From an uncultured Candidatus Rokubacteria bacterium (lineage in GTDB: Bacteria > Methylomirabilota > Methylomirabilia > Rokubacteriales > CSP1-6), in the NCBI GenBank assembly GCA_963762145.1, contig CAVXJS010000019.1, forward strand, positions 256,001 to 320,000: a DNA stretch of 64,000 nt, read 5' to 3'. Below are positions 46,874-58,223 of the stretch, in pieces (within the stretch, counting starts at the first letter, position 1; each line of letters starts with the position of its first letter). Under the pieces are notes generated by a model that saw only the letters and a program-made list of their open reading frames with translations, did no database searches and had not been told where the DNA came from. The translations under genes and the position numbers were made by a program.

Positions 46874-48156
46874 TTAATCGGCCGGCGCGCGCGTGGGATG
46901 CAGGAAGCGGAACTGTCCGGATCCGGCGAGGGCGCGATAGGAGCCGAACCGCGCCTCCGCGTCGTGCACGTGATCGAGCGGAGAGTCGTCGGACGGATCC
47001 TCGACCTCGTAGACGCGGCAGCAGATCGTAGGTGGTCGAGCGCTGGGCCGGAACGCGTCCGGCATCGCGGATGAGGCGGCGCAGCTCGACCGGCGGCACG
47101 AGCTGGCCGTAGCGACGCTCCCGCGGAGGTGGAGATCGATTCATTGATCAGGGTGCCGCCCATGTCGTTGCAGCCCGCCGCGAGCAGGACCTGGGCGAGC
47201 TTCGGCCCCTCCTTGACCCAGGAGCACTGGATGTTGCGGAAGAGCGGGCCCAGGAACAGGCGCGCGAGCGCGTGCATCCGGACGACCTCGAGGCCGGTGG
47301 CGCCCTGGCGAACGCCGGGCACGAGGCCGCGGCGGTACATCGGCGCCTCCTGGTGGATCAGGGAGAGCGGGACGAACTCGGTGAAGCCGCCGGTCTCCTT
47401 CTGGATGGAGCGGAGCAGGTCCATGTGCCGCACCCAGTGCTCCGGCCGCTCCACGTGGCCGTACATGATGGTGGAGGTCGTGCGGATGCCCTGGGCGTGC
47501 GCCGAGGTGATCACCTCGATCCACTGGTCGACCGTAATGCGGCCGCGCGCGATGACGTCCCGGATCTCCTGGTCCAGCACCTCGGCCGAGGTTCCGGGCA
47601 GCGTGCCGAGGCCGACCTTCTTGAGCTCGGCCAGGTACTCGGGGATGGACAGGCCCGAGCGGGTGGAGCCGTACAGGATCTCCTCGGGCGAGAAGGCGTG
47701 CAGGTGCATCTCGGGCAGGGCCGTCTTGATCGCGCGGCAGAGATCGATGTAGTACCGCCCGTCGAGCTTGGGCGGCAGGCCCGCCTGGATGCAGACCTCG
47801 GTGGCGCCCATCTCCCACGCCTCGATGGCGCGGCGGACCACCTCGTCCATCGGAAGGAAGTAGCCTTCCTCCTCGCGGTGGTCGCGGCTGAACGCGCAGA
47901 ACGTGCAGTGCTTGATGCACACGTTCGTGAAGTTGATGTTGCGGTTGACGACGTAGGTGACCACGTCGCCCACCTGGCGCCGGCGCATCTCGTCGGCGAC
48001 CAGCGTCAGGGCCTGCAGGTCGCGCCCCTGGCTCTCGGTGAGGCGGATGCCGTCGGCGACGGACAGCTCGCCGCCGTCGAGCAGTGCGCCCAGGATGCGG
48101 CGGGTATCGGGCGAAGCCCAGTCGAGGGATATCGTCGTCGGCTTGTCGATCGGCAT
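46874..48156 (-). CDS. cofH: FO synthase subunit 2 (radical SAM), indels near the C-terminus
   Basis: NRNINFTNVCIKHCTFCAF, PGTSAEVL, TIMYGHVE, NIQCSWVK, DMGGTLINESIS. Confidence 0.92.
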
Positions 48157-49359
48157 CACCAATGTCTCCATATCTCCAGATCGGATCGGACATACCCGTC
48201 GGCGTCCACGAGGTCGGCCACGCGCGGGCGCAGGCGCTCGTCGAGGAACGCCTCGCGGGTAGTGTACTCGGGATAGATGGCGAGGCGCTCGCGCAGCTCG
48301 TGCCCGGCGGCCTCGGTGCGGCGCCGCAGCTCGGCCAGGCCGGGCCAGGGGCGCTCGGGATTGATGTGATCGGGAGTCAGCGGCGAGATGCCGCCCCAGT
48401 CGTTGAGGCCGGCGGCGGGGAGCTGGTCGTAGCCTTCCGCGGAGAGGTTGGGCGGGGCCTGGATGTTCATGGACGGGCCCAGGAGGAGGCGCGCCACTGC
48501 GACGGTCCGGAGGAGATCGAGCGCGCCGGGCTCCGGCCAGCCCCGCATCGGGATGGTCGCCTTGGCGCGGAAGTTCTGGACGATGACTTCCTGGATGTGG
48601 CCGTGACGCTCGTGCAGGTCGCGGATGGCGAGGAGCGACGTCCACCCGCTCGGCGTGGGTCTCGCCGATCCCGATGAGGATGCCGGTGGTGAACGGGATG
48701 CCGAGCGCGCCCGCGCGCGCGATGGTCCGGAGGCGCCGCTGCGGGACCTTGTCCGGCGCGCGATCGTGCGCGGCGCCGGGGGCGAGCAGCCGCTCGGACG
48801 TGCTCTCGAGCATGATCCCCATGCTCACGTTGACCTCCCGCAGCGAGGCCAGATCGCGCTCCGTCATCAGCCCCGGGTTGGCGTGGGGCAGGAGACCCGT
48901 CTCGTCCAGGACGCGGCCGCTGATCTCGCGCAGGTAGCCGAGCGTCGTCCGGTGGCCCACCGAGCGCAGGAAGGCGCGGTGCTCGGAGAAGAGCGCCTCG
49001 GGCTTGTCGCCCAGCGAGAACAGGGCTTCCTTGGCGCCGAGCCGCGCGCCCGCGCGGGCCAGGGCCAGCACCTGGTCGGGCGTCATCGTGAAGGCGCCCG
49101 GCTCGCCCGGATCCTTCCGGAACGTGCAATAGCCGCAGTAGTCGCGGCAGAGCGTGGTGAGCGGGATGAAGACCTTGGCCGAGAAGGTAATTCGCCGGCC
49201 CCGGCCCCGGTCGCGCAAGGCCGATGCGGCTCCGAGGAGCACGGACAGACGATCGGCCGGCGTCTCGAGAAGCGCGGTGGCTTCCGCCGCGTCGGGCGTC
49301 CGGCCCTCCGCGAGGCGGTCCAGCGCCCGCTCGACCGCGGTCAGCTCGAGTACTGCCAT
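48156..49359 (-). CDS. cofG: FO synthase subunit 1 (radical SAM), indel near 48640
   Basis: VFIPLTTLCRDYCGYCTF, LPHANPG, SMGIMLE, FTTGILIGIGET, QAPPNL, DWGGISP. Confidence 0.92.
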
Positions 49360-49790
49360 GAGGACACGCGGCTGGGGGTCACGCGGATCATGAGGCCCCG
49401 CTCGCGCGGCAGGCCGAGGGTGCGGTACTGCGCGTACTTGGCGACGAGCAGATCCACCCCGTGGGCGAACTGCGGCCCCTCGGTGAGCAGATCCGCCTGC
49501 CCCTGGATGATGACGTAGCGGAGACGCGTCCAGTCCTCGTCATACTGGTCGATCACGATTGAGACGCGCGGATTCTCCCGGAGGTTCCGGATTCGCTTGA
49601 GCCCCTCGGGCGGGGCCTGCTTCGGCTTGGCGTCCACCGCGGAGTACAGGGCCCGACCATCGAAGGCATAGCAGATCGGGACCACCATCGGCTGGCCCCC
49701 CGCGTCCGCGGTGGCGAGCCGACCCACCCGCGCGCTCGTGATGAAGCCGGCGACGGGCGGGGGAATGGGCGCGGTCGGACTCGACGGCAT
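49341..49790 (-). CDS. PPOX-class (split beta-barrel) probable F420-dependent oxidoreductase
   Basis: ARVGRLATAD, SAVDAKPK, RIRNLRENPRV, YDEDWTRL, LVAKYAQY. Confidence 0.85.
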   Translation of the reverse strand: MPSSPTAPIPPPVAGFITSARVGRLATADAGGQPMVVPICYAFDGRALYSAVDAKPKQAPPEGLKRIRNLRENPRVSIVIDQYDEDWTRLRYVIIQGQADLLTEGPQFAHGVDLLVAKYAQYRTLGLPRERGLMIRVTPSRVSSWQYSS

Positions 49791-49799
49791 CGACCGCCC

Positions 49800-50765
49800 C
49801 TAGCGGGGCGTCCGGAGGACCTTCGGTCGGACCTCCTGGGCGAAGCGATCGATCAGCGTGAGCTGCCCCTTGAGATCCTGCGGCGCCGGATCGAAGACGA
49901 AGTGCGAGACGCCGAGTGCCTGATAGCTCTTGATGTGGCGGATCACGTCCTGGGCGGCGCCCCGGAAGCCGGGCTGATCGCTCACCGCGGCACGGCCACG
50001 CCGGGGCGCCAGCTCGAGCGGCACCCGGACCGAGAGGGTGATGGCCTTCGGATCGCGCCCGGCCTTCCGAGCCCAGCCGTGGATCAGCTTCACCTTCTCG
50101 GCGTACTCGTCGGGCAGGAGCATGGCGGGCGGCCGCATCGCGATGGGATGCCAAGCGTCCGCCAGCTCGCCCGTGCGGCGCAGCGCCACGTCGGTATGGC
50201 CGCCGATCCAGATCGGGATGCCACCCTTCTGGCGCGGCTTGGGCATCGCGCTCACCGAGGGCAAGCGATAGTGCGGGCCGGTGGACTGGGCGGGCTCCTT
50301 CGTCCACATCTCCCGCATGAGGCGCAGGTACTCGTCGGTGACCTTGCCGCGCTCGGCAAACGGCGGCGCCTGGAGCGCCTCGAACTCCTCCTTCATCCAG
50401 CCCACCCCGGCCCCGAGGATGATGCGGCCCCCCGACATCACGTCCAGGGTGGCCAGCATCTTGGCGGTCACGACCGGATTGCGGTACGGCACGACCAGCA
50501 CGCTGGTGCCGATCATCACCCGAGAGGTGAGGCCGACGAGGACGCCCATCATCGCCATCGGCTCGAGGTAGCCGTTCGTCCAGTCACCGGTGAAGCGCCC
50601 GCTGGCCGCGTAGGGATAGGGCGAGCTGTAGGAGGTCGGGATGACCACGTGATCGGTCACGAAGACCGAGGCGTAGCGGAGGGCGTCGACCTTCTCGGCC
50701 AGCTTGGTGAGGGCCTCCGGCGTCGCGAGCGGACCACGGCCCGGCAGAGCGAAGCCGAATTGCAT
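49800..50765 (-). CDS. LLM-class probable F420-dependent oxidoreductase
   Basis: VTDHVVIP, GTSVLVVPYRNP, TLDVMSGGR, GVGWMKEEF, IWIGG. Confidence 0.88.
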   Translation of the reverse strand: MQFGFALPGRGPLATPEALTKLAEKVDALRYASVFVTDHVVIPTSYSSPYPYAASGRFTGDWTNGYLEPMAMMGVLVGLTSRVMIGTSVLVVPYRNPVVTAKMLATLDVMSGGRIILGAGVGWMKEEFEALQAPPFAERGKVTDEYLRLMREMWTKEPAQSTGPHYRLPSVSAMPKPRQKGGIPIWIGGHTDVALRRTGELADAWHPIAMRPPAMLLPDEYAEKVKLIHGWARKAGRDPKAITLSVRVPLELAPRRGRAAVSDQPGFRGAAQDVIRHIKSYQALGVSHFVFDPAPQDLKGQLTLIDRFAQEVRPKVLRTPR

Positions 50766-50986
50766 GAGCCGCATATTGCTCGCGGCGTTTGGGCCTGTCA
50801 AGGCGGGCGGTTTTGGCGGGGTTTCCGCGATCCATGGTCGGGCGACCCGCTTGGCGTGCATCGGTGAGCTTCTTTATTTATCCGCTCGGCTCGCCTTCGG
50901 CTGCGCCTCGCCAAGCCGCTGCCTGTTTGCGCCAACGGCGCGTCCATGGCCAATGCGCGTGGCCCCGCGCGACCATCGCGTGGCCG

Positions 50987-51002
50987 TGTCAGCGGGCTGA
51001 CA
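50987..51002. promoter_or_regulatory. Palindrome TGTCAG-N4-CTGACA upstream of the NtrC-family regulator gene
   Basis: TGTCAGCGGGCTGACA; arms identical to the site at 429-444. Confidence 0.6.
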
Positions 51003-51057
51003 CCAAAAAATCGGGCTATGCTAGGCTCGTAATTGCCATGTTGATCGGGAGAGCCTC

Positions 51058-52412
51058 GTGAAGTCGCGCATCCTGGTGGTGGACGACGAATCGGTGATCG
51101 CCGAGAACCTTCGTCTGACCCTCGAACGCGAGGGTTATGACGTGGAGACGGCCGGGAACACCGTCGGCGCCATGCTCCGGATGGAGACCCGGGAGTTCGC
51201 CCTGGGTGTCGTGGACCTGATCCTCCCGGACGGCGACGGCCTCCATCTGTTGCGCCTGCTGAAGGCCAAGGATCCCTCGATCGAAGTCATCATCATGACC
51301 GGGCACGGATCCATCTCGAAGGCGGTCGAGGCCACGAAGCAGGGCGCCTTCTACTTCGTCGCCAAGCCCTTCGACGCCGACGAGATGCTGATGCTCGTGG
51401 GCAAGGCTCTGGAGCGCCGCCGTCTGCTCGCCGAGACGTCGGACCTCCGGCGCAAGCTCGCGGAGCAGGCCGCCTACGGCGAGATGCTCGGATCCTCCCC
51501 GCGATCAAGCGAGTGTTCGAGATGCTGGAGTCGGTCGCGTCCTCGGACGCCAACGTGCTCATCGTCGGCGAGAGCGGGACCGGCAAGGAGCTGGCCGCGA
51601 ACGCGGTGCACGCGAAGAGCACGCGGGTCGATGGGCCGATGGTGAAGATCAACTGCGCGGCGCTGCCGAAGGATCTGATCGAGTCGGAGCTCTTCGGCCA
51701 CGTGAAGGGCGCGTTCACGGGAGCGTCCACCGACAAGTCGGGCTTGCTGGAGGAGGCGCACCGCGGCTCGCTCCTGCTCGACGAGATCACCGAGATGCCG
51801 CTCGACCTGCAGGCCAAGCTGCTCCGGGTGCTGGAGGACCGCACGGTCCGCCGGCTCGGCGGGGCCAAGACCGTGCCGGTGGACTTCCGGCTGATCTGCT
51901 CCACCAACCGGGAGCCGGAGGTGGCGCTGCGCGAAGGACGTCTGAGGCAGGATCTCTACTTCCGCATCAACACGGTGACCGTGGCGTTGCCGTCCCTGCG
52001 CGATCGGACCGGCGACATTCCCCTCCTGGCCAAGTCGTTTCTCGAGCGCTTCCGGGCCAAGCACGGGCGCGAGGTCGAGACCATCGACCCGGAGGCCTAC
52101 CGGCGCCTGCTGTCCTATGGTTGGCCGGGCAATATCCGCGAGCTCGAGCACGCGATCGAGCGGGCGGTCCTGGTGGCCCGCGGGCGGGAGATCAGCCTGG
52201 CGGACCTGCCCGAGCCGCTGCAGGTCGATCCGTCGCCGGGCGGCTCGGCCCCTCCGCCCGGCTCGCTGGAGGAGATCGAGCGTGTCTCCATCGTGCGGGC
52301 GCTCGAGTCCACCGGCTGGAACAAGCAGGCCGCGGCTCAGGTCCTGGGGCTCAGGCGCCCGACCTTGTACTCGAAGATGCGCCGGCACGGGATCCCCCAG
52401 CGCCGCGCCTGA
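51058..52412 (+). CDS. Sigma54-dependent response regulator (REC-AAA+-HTH), one indel near 51500
   Basis: [37 protein letters not shown], Fis-type HTH. Confidence 0.92.
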
Positions 52413-52512
52413 CGTTCGCCCGAAGACACGCTGTTCGGTTCGATCGTCAACCCCCTGCCGCTCCGTCCCAGGCTCGCCCAGTCAACTAGCTGAAAGATCA
52501 GGCGTCCAGTTT

Positions 52513-52527
52513 TGGCAATGCTCTTGC
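52513..52527 (+). promoter_or_regulatory. Sigma54 promoter for the single-domain response regulator
   Basis: TGGCAAT-GCTC-TTGC. Confidence 0.65.
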
Positions 52528-52555
52528 GTGCCCTCGGGCGCACGGAGGTAGCGCC

Positions 52556-52966
52556 GTGCCCCGCATATTGCTTGTCGACGACGATCCCGCCTGGCGGAAT
52601 CTCTATCGAATGACGCTCGAGAACCAGTTCGACCTCTTCGAGGCAACCGATGGGTACCAGGCCCTGTCCGTACTGGGCGCGGTGCGGCCCGACGTGATCG
52701 TCCTGGACCTCCGGATGCCCCGGATGGACGGGATGGACTTCATCCGGCGCCTGAGCCGTCGCAGCCCGCGACCCAAGGTCATCGTCTGCTCCGGGATGTT
52801 CACCGAGGTGGAGCGGCCCCAGATCCCAGGGGTGTGCCTGGCTACCAAGACGGCCGACCTGAAGGAGCTCTGGGCGGCCCTCCGGAGCACGATTCCCGGC
52901 GCGGCCGAGATTGCCGCGCCCGCCAAGCAGGCCGTGCCCGTCGAAGACGCCGTCTGGCGCGACTGA
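52556..52966 (+). CDS. Single-domain response regulator
   Basis: ILLVDDD, VLDLRMPRMDG; SD GGAGG. Confidence 0.85.
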   Translation: MPRILLVDDDPAWRNLYRMTLENQFDLFEATDGYQALSVLGAVRPDVIVLDLRMPRMDGMDFIRRLSRRSPRPKVIVCSGMFTEVERPQIPGVCLATKTADLKELWAALRSTIPGAAEIAAPAKQAVPVEDAVWRD

Positions 52967-52987
52967 GGACGGGACCCCCCGTTCGGC

Positions 52988-53487
<500 letters not shown>

Positions 53488-53510
53488 TGCGCCTTCAAGG
53501 AGGACACGCG

Positions 53511-54987
53511 GTGACGGCACGGATACGTTCGATTCTGGTCCTGTTGTGCGTCCTTGCTCTGACGCTCGCCCCGGCTGGCCTCGCCCTGGCCCAGACCCCC
53601 GCGCCGGCCCCCACGGCCCCGGCGTCCGGCGCGCCCGCGGCTCCCGCAGCCCCCGCGCCGCCCAAGATCGACAGCGGCGACACCGCCTGGGTCCTGGTGT
53701 CGAGCGCGCTGGTGCTGCTGATGACCGCGCCGGGCCTGGCCCTGTTCTACGGGGGCATGGTGCGGCAGAAGAACGCGCTGGGCACGCTGATGCAGAGCTT
53801 CATCATCCTCGCCCTGATCTCGGTGCAGTGGGTGCTCTGGGGCTACTCGCTCTGCCTTCGGCCCCGACAAGGGCGGCATCATCGGCGGGCTCGAGTGGGT
53901 CGGGCTCAGGGGCGTCGGGCCGGAGCCCAACGCGGACTACGCGGCGACCATCCCGCACACCGCCTTCATGCTGTTCCAGATGATGTTCGCGGTCATCACG
54001 CCGGCGCTGATCACGGGCGCCTTCGCCGAGCGGAAGAAGTTCTCGACCTTCCTCGTGTTCATCCTGCTCTGGGCCACCTTCGTCTACGACCCGCTGGCGC
54101 ACTGGGTCTGGGGCATCGGCGGGTGGCTGAAGAACCTGGGCGCGCTGGACTTCGCGGGCGGCACCGTCGTGCACATCTCGTCCGGCATCTCGGCCCTCGC
54201 CGCCGCGCTCGTGATCGGCAAGCGCAGGGGTTACGGCCACCAGCCCATGCCCCCGCACAACCTGCCGTTCACCGTGATGGGCGCGGCCTTGCTGTGGTTC
54301 GGCTGGTTCGGCTTCAACGCGGGCAGCGCGCTGGCCGCCAACGGCCTCGCCGCGCATGCGTTCATGACCACCAACACCGCGGCCGCCGCGGCCGCGCTCG
54401 GGTGGATGTTCACGGAGTGGATGTCGCGTGGCAAGCCGACCGTGCTCGGCGCGGCGTCCGGGGCGGTGGCCGGCCTCGTCGCCATCACCCCGGCGGCTGG
54501 GTTCGTGACCCCGATGGCCTCGATCGTCATCGGAGCGGTGGCGGGCTTCATCTGCTACAGCGCCTGCAACCTGAAGTCGAAGCTCGGCTACGACGACTCG
54601 CTCGACGTGGTGGGCGTGCACGGGGTCGGCGGCACGTGGGGGGCGCTCGCCACCGGAGTCTTCGCCACGAAGCTCGTCAACGACGCGGGTGGCGACGGGC
54701 TGCTCTACGGCAACCCGAAGCAGCTCTGGATCCAGTTCGTGGCCGTCGCGGTGACCTGGATCCTGGGCTTCGTGATGACGGTGGTCATCCTCAAGGTTCT
54801 CGACGCGGTCATGGGTCTGCGGGTCAGCCAGGAAGACGAGATGGCCGGCCTGGACCTGTCGCAGCACTCGGAGACGGCGTACATGCTCGGCGGCTCGGCC
54901 TCGTACGGCGAGTACTCGATGGGGGGAAGCGCATCCGCCTTCGAGGGCATGAAGCCGGCCGAGGCCAAGGCCCGTCCGAGTCACTAG
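53511..54987 (+). CDS. amtB: Ammonium transporter, one indel near 53855
   Basis: [53 protein letters not shown]. Confidence 0.95.
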
Positions 54988-55113
54988 GAGAGGCGGGGCC
55001 CGCTTGACGGGTCCCGGGCAAAACACTTATGGTTGGTGGCCGGTGGAGCCACGGAGGCTCCGCCGGCCCGCGGTTTTTCCCACCCAGCACTGAGGCCACA
55101 AGGAGGCAGGCGA

Positions 55114-56538
55114 ATGACCCCGAAGGACGTGTTGAAGATGGCGAAGGAGAAGGGCGTCAAGATCATCGATCTGCGGTTCATCGACATGCCCGGCCTCTGG
55201 CAGCATTTCTCCATCCCGGTATCCGAGCTGAGAGAGGACATCTTCGAGGACGGCCTGGGCTTCGACGGCTCCTCGATCCGCGGGTTCCAGACCATCGACG
55301 AGTCGGACATGCTGCTCATCCCCGACCCCTCGACGGCCCAGATGGACCCGTTCACCGCGGTGCCGACGCTGGTCCTGATCTGCAACGTCAAGGACCCGAT
55401 CACCGGCAAGGCCTACAGCCGTGACCCCCGCTACGTGGCCCAGAAGGCGGAGGCGTTCGTGAAGAAGAGCGGGGTGGGGGACACCATCTTCATCGGCCCC
55501 GAGCTCGAGTTCTTCTTCTTCGACTCGATCCGCTTCGACCAGAGCTACAACTACGGCTTCTACTTCATCGACTCGGAAGCGGGCGCGTGGAACACCGGCC
55601 GGGAGGGGACGCCCGACCGCCCGAACCTCGGCTACATCCCGCGCTACAAGCAGGGGTACTTCCCGGTCCCGCCGATGGACAAGTTCCAGGACATCCGGTC
55701 CGACATGGTGCTGGCGCTCGAGTCGGTCGGGGTGCGCGTCGAGGTCCACCATCACGAGGTGGCGAGCGGCGGGCAGACCGAGATCGACATGCGCTTCGAC
55801 ACGCTCACGAAGATGGCCGACAAGGTGTGCTGGTACAAGTACTGCGCGAAGCAGACTGCCAAAAAGTGGGGCAAAACAGCTACGTTCATGCCCAAGCCCC
55901 TCTTCCAGGACAACGGCTCCGGCATGCACACGCACCAGTCCATCTGGAAGAACGGCAAGAACCTCTTCTACGAGCGGGGCGGGTACGCCGACATCTCGAA
56001 GATGTGCCTCTACTACATCGGGGGCATCCTGAAGCACGCCCCCGCGCTGCTCGCGTTCATCGCGCCCTCGACCAACAGCTACAAGCGGCTGGTGCCGGGC
56101 TACGAGGCGCCGATCAACCTGGTGTACAGCCAGCGCAATCGCTCCGCCGCGATCCGGATCCCGATGTACTCGAAGGCCGAGGGCGCGAAGCGGATCGAGT
56201 TCCGGACGCCGGACCCGACCTGCAACCCGTACCTCTCGTTCGCGGCGTGCGTGATGGCGGGCCTCGACGGCATCGCCAACAAGATCGATCCCGGCAAGCC
56301 GGTGGACAAGGACCTCTACGAGCTGCCCGCCGCGGAGCAGAAGAAGATCAAGCAGCTTCCCGGAGCCCTCGACATCGTGCTGGACAACCTCGAGAAGGAT
56401 CACGACTTCCTGCTCAAGGGCGACGTGTTCACGCCGGACCTGATCGAGACCTGGATCGACTACAAGCGGAAGAACGAGGTGGACCCCGTCCGGCTGCGCC
56501 CGCACCCGTACGAGTTCGCCCTCTACTACGACATCTAG
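55114..56538 (+). CDS. glnA: Glutamine synthetase type I
   Basis: [39 protein letters not shown]; SD AAGGAGG. Confidence 0.97.
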   Translation: MTPKDVLKMAKEKGVKIIDLRFIDMPGLWQHFSIPVSELREDIFEDGLGFDGSSIRGFQTIDESDMLLIPDPSTAQMDPFTAVPTLVLICNVKDPITGKAYSRDPRYVAQKAEAFVKKSGVGDTIFIGPELEFFFFDSIRFDQSYNYGFYFIDSEAGAWNTGREGTPDRPNLGYIPRYKQGYFPVPPMDKFQDIRSDMVLALESVGVRVEVHHHEVASGGQTEIDMRFDTLTKMADKVCWYKYCAKQTAKKWGKTATFMPKPLFQDNGSGMHTHQSIWKNGKNLFYERGGYADISKMCLYYIGGILKHAPALLAFIAPSTNSYKRLVPGYEAPINLVYSQRNRSAAIRIPMYSKAEGAKRIEFRTPDPTCNPYLSFAACVMAGLDGIANKIDPGKPVDKDLYELPAAEQKKIKQLPGALDIVLDNLEKDHDFLLKGDVFTPDLIETWIDYKRKNEVDPVRLRPHPYEFALYYDI

Positions 56539-56556
56539 TCACTGCGCGCTCGGCTT

Positions 56557-56598
56557 GGCCGGCCCCGGTTCGGCGCACCCGCCGGATCGGGGCCGGTT
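56557..56598 (+). terminator. Hairpin after glnA
   Basis: GGCCGGCCCCGGTTCGGCG-CACC-CGCCGGATCGGGGCCGGTT. Confidence 0.6.
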
Positions 56599-56625
56599 CC
56601 CTTCTCCGGTGACGCATCCCTCGCC

Positions 56626-56740
56626 TGACCGCCCCGTGGGCAGTGTGCCCGCCCGCTGGGCAGCCGCACGCCGACGGCGCGCTCGCGGCGTGGGGCAATC
56701 GCGGCCGTCGGGCGGCCCATTCGCCTGGCACTGAACTCGC
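56626..56740 (+). promoter_or_regulatory. Sigma54 promoter of the porin gene with tandem NtrC-like sites
   Basis: TGACCGCCCCGTGGGCA (56626-56642), TGCCCGCCCGCTGGGCA (56646-56662), TGGCACT-GAAC-TCGC (56726-56740). Confidence 0.65.
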
Positions 56741-56816
56741 ATCCGCTCGGACCACCCGGGACCCCGAGACGCGGGCTTCCAGTGCGACGCCTACTTTCTC
56801 CAAGGAGGTTGTCCCG

Positions 56817-58082
56817 ATGCGAATGACGCGAAGGTGGCTGGCCGCGGCCCTGATTGCGGTGCTCGGCAGCGCCGCGACCGTATGGGCCCAGACGCCGGCT
56901 CCGGCGGCCGAGGAGAAGAAGGAGGAGGAGAAGCCGAAGACGTTCTGGGAAGAGCACAAGCTGTTCGCGTACATCGAGAACAGCTTCACGGTCAACCTGA
57001 CCGGGGCGGGGCGCGGGGGGGTCAACGAGTTTCGGTTCTACGACAACACCGAGGGCTACACGTTCAACGCGGCGGAGTTCAGCATCAAGAAGGATCCCTC
57101 CGAGCGGTATCCCTTCGGCTACGGGGTGGCCATCACGGCGGGGATCGACTCGCAGAAGAACCACTCGTACGGCATTTTCCGGGGGGTGACCGACCAGTTC
57201 GCGTTCCGGAACACCGAGAAGTTCGATCTGCTGGAGGCCTACGGGTCGTACATGATCCCGGTCGGGAACGGGCTCACCCTCAAGGCGGGCAAGTTCGTGA
57301 CGCTGCTGGGCTACGAGGTGATCGAGTCGCCCAACAATCTGAACTTCTCGCGGGGCTACCTGTTCACCCTCGCGATCCCGCTGACCACGACCGGGGCCCT
57401 GTTGTCGTATCAGTTCACCGACTGGTTCAGCGCGACCGCGGGGGTGATCCTGGGCTGGGACGACTCGCAGAACGTGAACGACCCGATGAGCTACACGGGG
57501 CAGTTCGCCTTCACCCCGATGAAGGACCTCACCGCGAACCTGAACTGGATCGTGGGACCGGAGCAGGTGGATCCGCGCCGGTTCGGCAACGTCCCGCGGG
57601 ACCAGCGCACCTACGTGAACAGCCACCTGCGGTACGTGCTGGACTTCGTCTTCCAGTACACCGGGTTCAAGAACCTGACCCTGGCGCTGAACGTGGACTA
57701 CGGGCACGAGCAGGCCGACCCCTTCCTGCGGTCGCTCAACACCCGTCAGAACAACGACTCGACGTGGTGGGGCTGGGCGGTCTACGGCGCATACGATTGG
57801 ACCGAGAAGTTCCGGACGGCGGTCCGGCAGGAGTTCTTCCGGGACGCGCAGGGGGGGCGCACCGGACTCGGGGAGGCGACGGGCCTCTGGTCGACCACCG
57901 CGACGCTGCAGTACAAGATCTGGCGGGGGCTGTCGGGGCGGCTCGAGTATCGGCACGATCAGGCCGACGACAAGGTGTTCCGGGTGCGCTACTCGCGGCC
58001 CGACATCACGTCGCAGGGGCTGCTCGCGCGCGGCCAGAGCATGGACACGTTCTCGATCAGCCTCATCTACTCGTTCTTCTAG
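56817..58082 (+). CDS. Outer-membrane beta-barrel porin (BBP2/OmpL-like family)
   Basis: Signal peptide, GKFVTLLGYEVIES..N.NFSR, RLEYRHD, C-terminal YSFF; SD AAGGAGG. Confidence 0.85.
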   Translation: MRMTRRWLAAALIAVLGSAATVWAQTPAPAAEEKKEEEKPKTFWEEHKLFAYIENSFTVNLTGAGRGGVNEFRFYDNTEGYTFNAAEFSIKKDPSERYPFGYGVAITAGIDSQKNHSYGIFRGVTDQFAFRNTEKFDLLEAYGSYMIPVGNGLTLKAGKFVTLLGYEVIESPNNLNFSRGYLFTLAIPLTTTGALLSYQFTDWFSATAGVILGWDDSQNVNDPMSYTGQFAFTPMKDLTANLNWIVGPEQVDPRRFGNVPRDQRTYVNSHLRYVLDFVFQYTGFKNLTLALNVDYGHEQADPFLRSLNTRQNNDSTWWGWAVYGAYDWTEKFRTAVRQEFFRDAQGGRTGLGEATGLWSTTATLQYKIWRGLSGRLEYRHDQADDKVFRVRYSRPDITSQGLLARGQSMDTFSISLIYSFF

Positions 58083-58100
58083 CCGCCTCGCTCCGGCTCG

Positions 58101-58145
58101 CGGCTGCTCAGGCGATAGGCGACTTGATCGCCGCCTGAGCAGCCG
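58101..58145. terminator. Long hairpin after the porin gene
   Basis: CGGCTGCTCAGGCG ... CGCCTGAGCAGCCG, 14-bp arms. Confidence 0.55.
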
Positions 58146-58194
58146 GCCCCGGGGCGGCGTCGTCCAACCCCTCGGTTTCCCTCGACCCCGTCAG

Positions 58195-58209
58195 TGGCAC
58201 CTCGCTTGC
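58195..58209 (+). promoter_or_regulatory. Sigma54 promoter of the ANTAR regulator gene
   Basis: TGGCACC-TCGC-TTGC; implies the start is ATG 58224. Confidence 0.7.
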
Positions 58210-58223
58210 TAGTTCACGCACGC

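Noticed and set aside
46447-49359. 970-aa apparent CofG-CofH-HU fusion resembling FbiC
   Set aside because: Produced by indels; cofG ends at 48156, cofH ends at 46874, and HU has its own SD and start at 46734
50840-50925. CGCTCGGCTCGCC-type motifs here and near 56547 and 58088 as a repeat family
   Set aside because: Too short and GC-rich to distinguish from chance by eye
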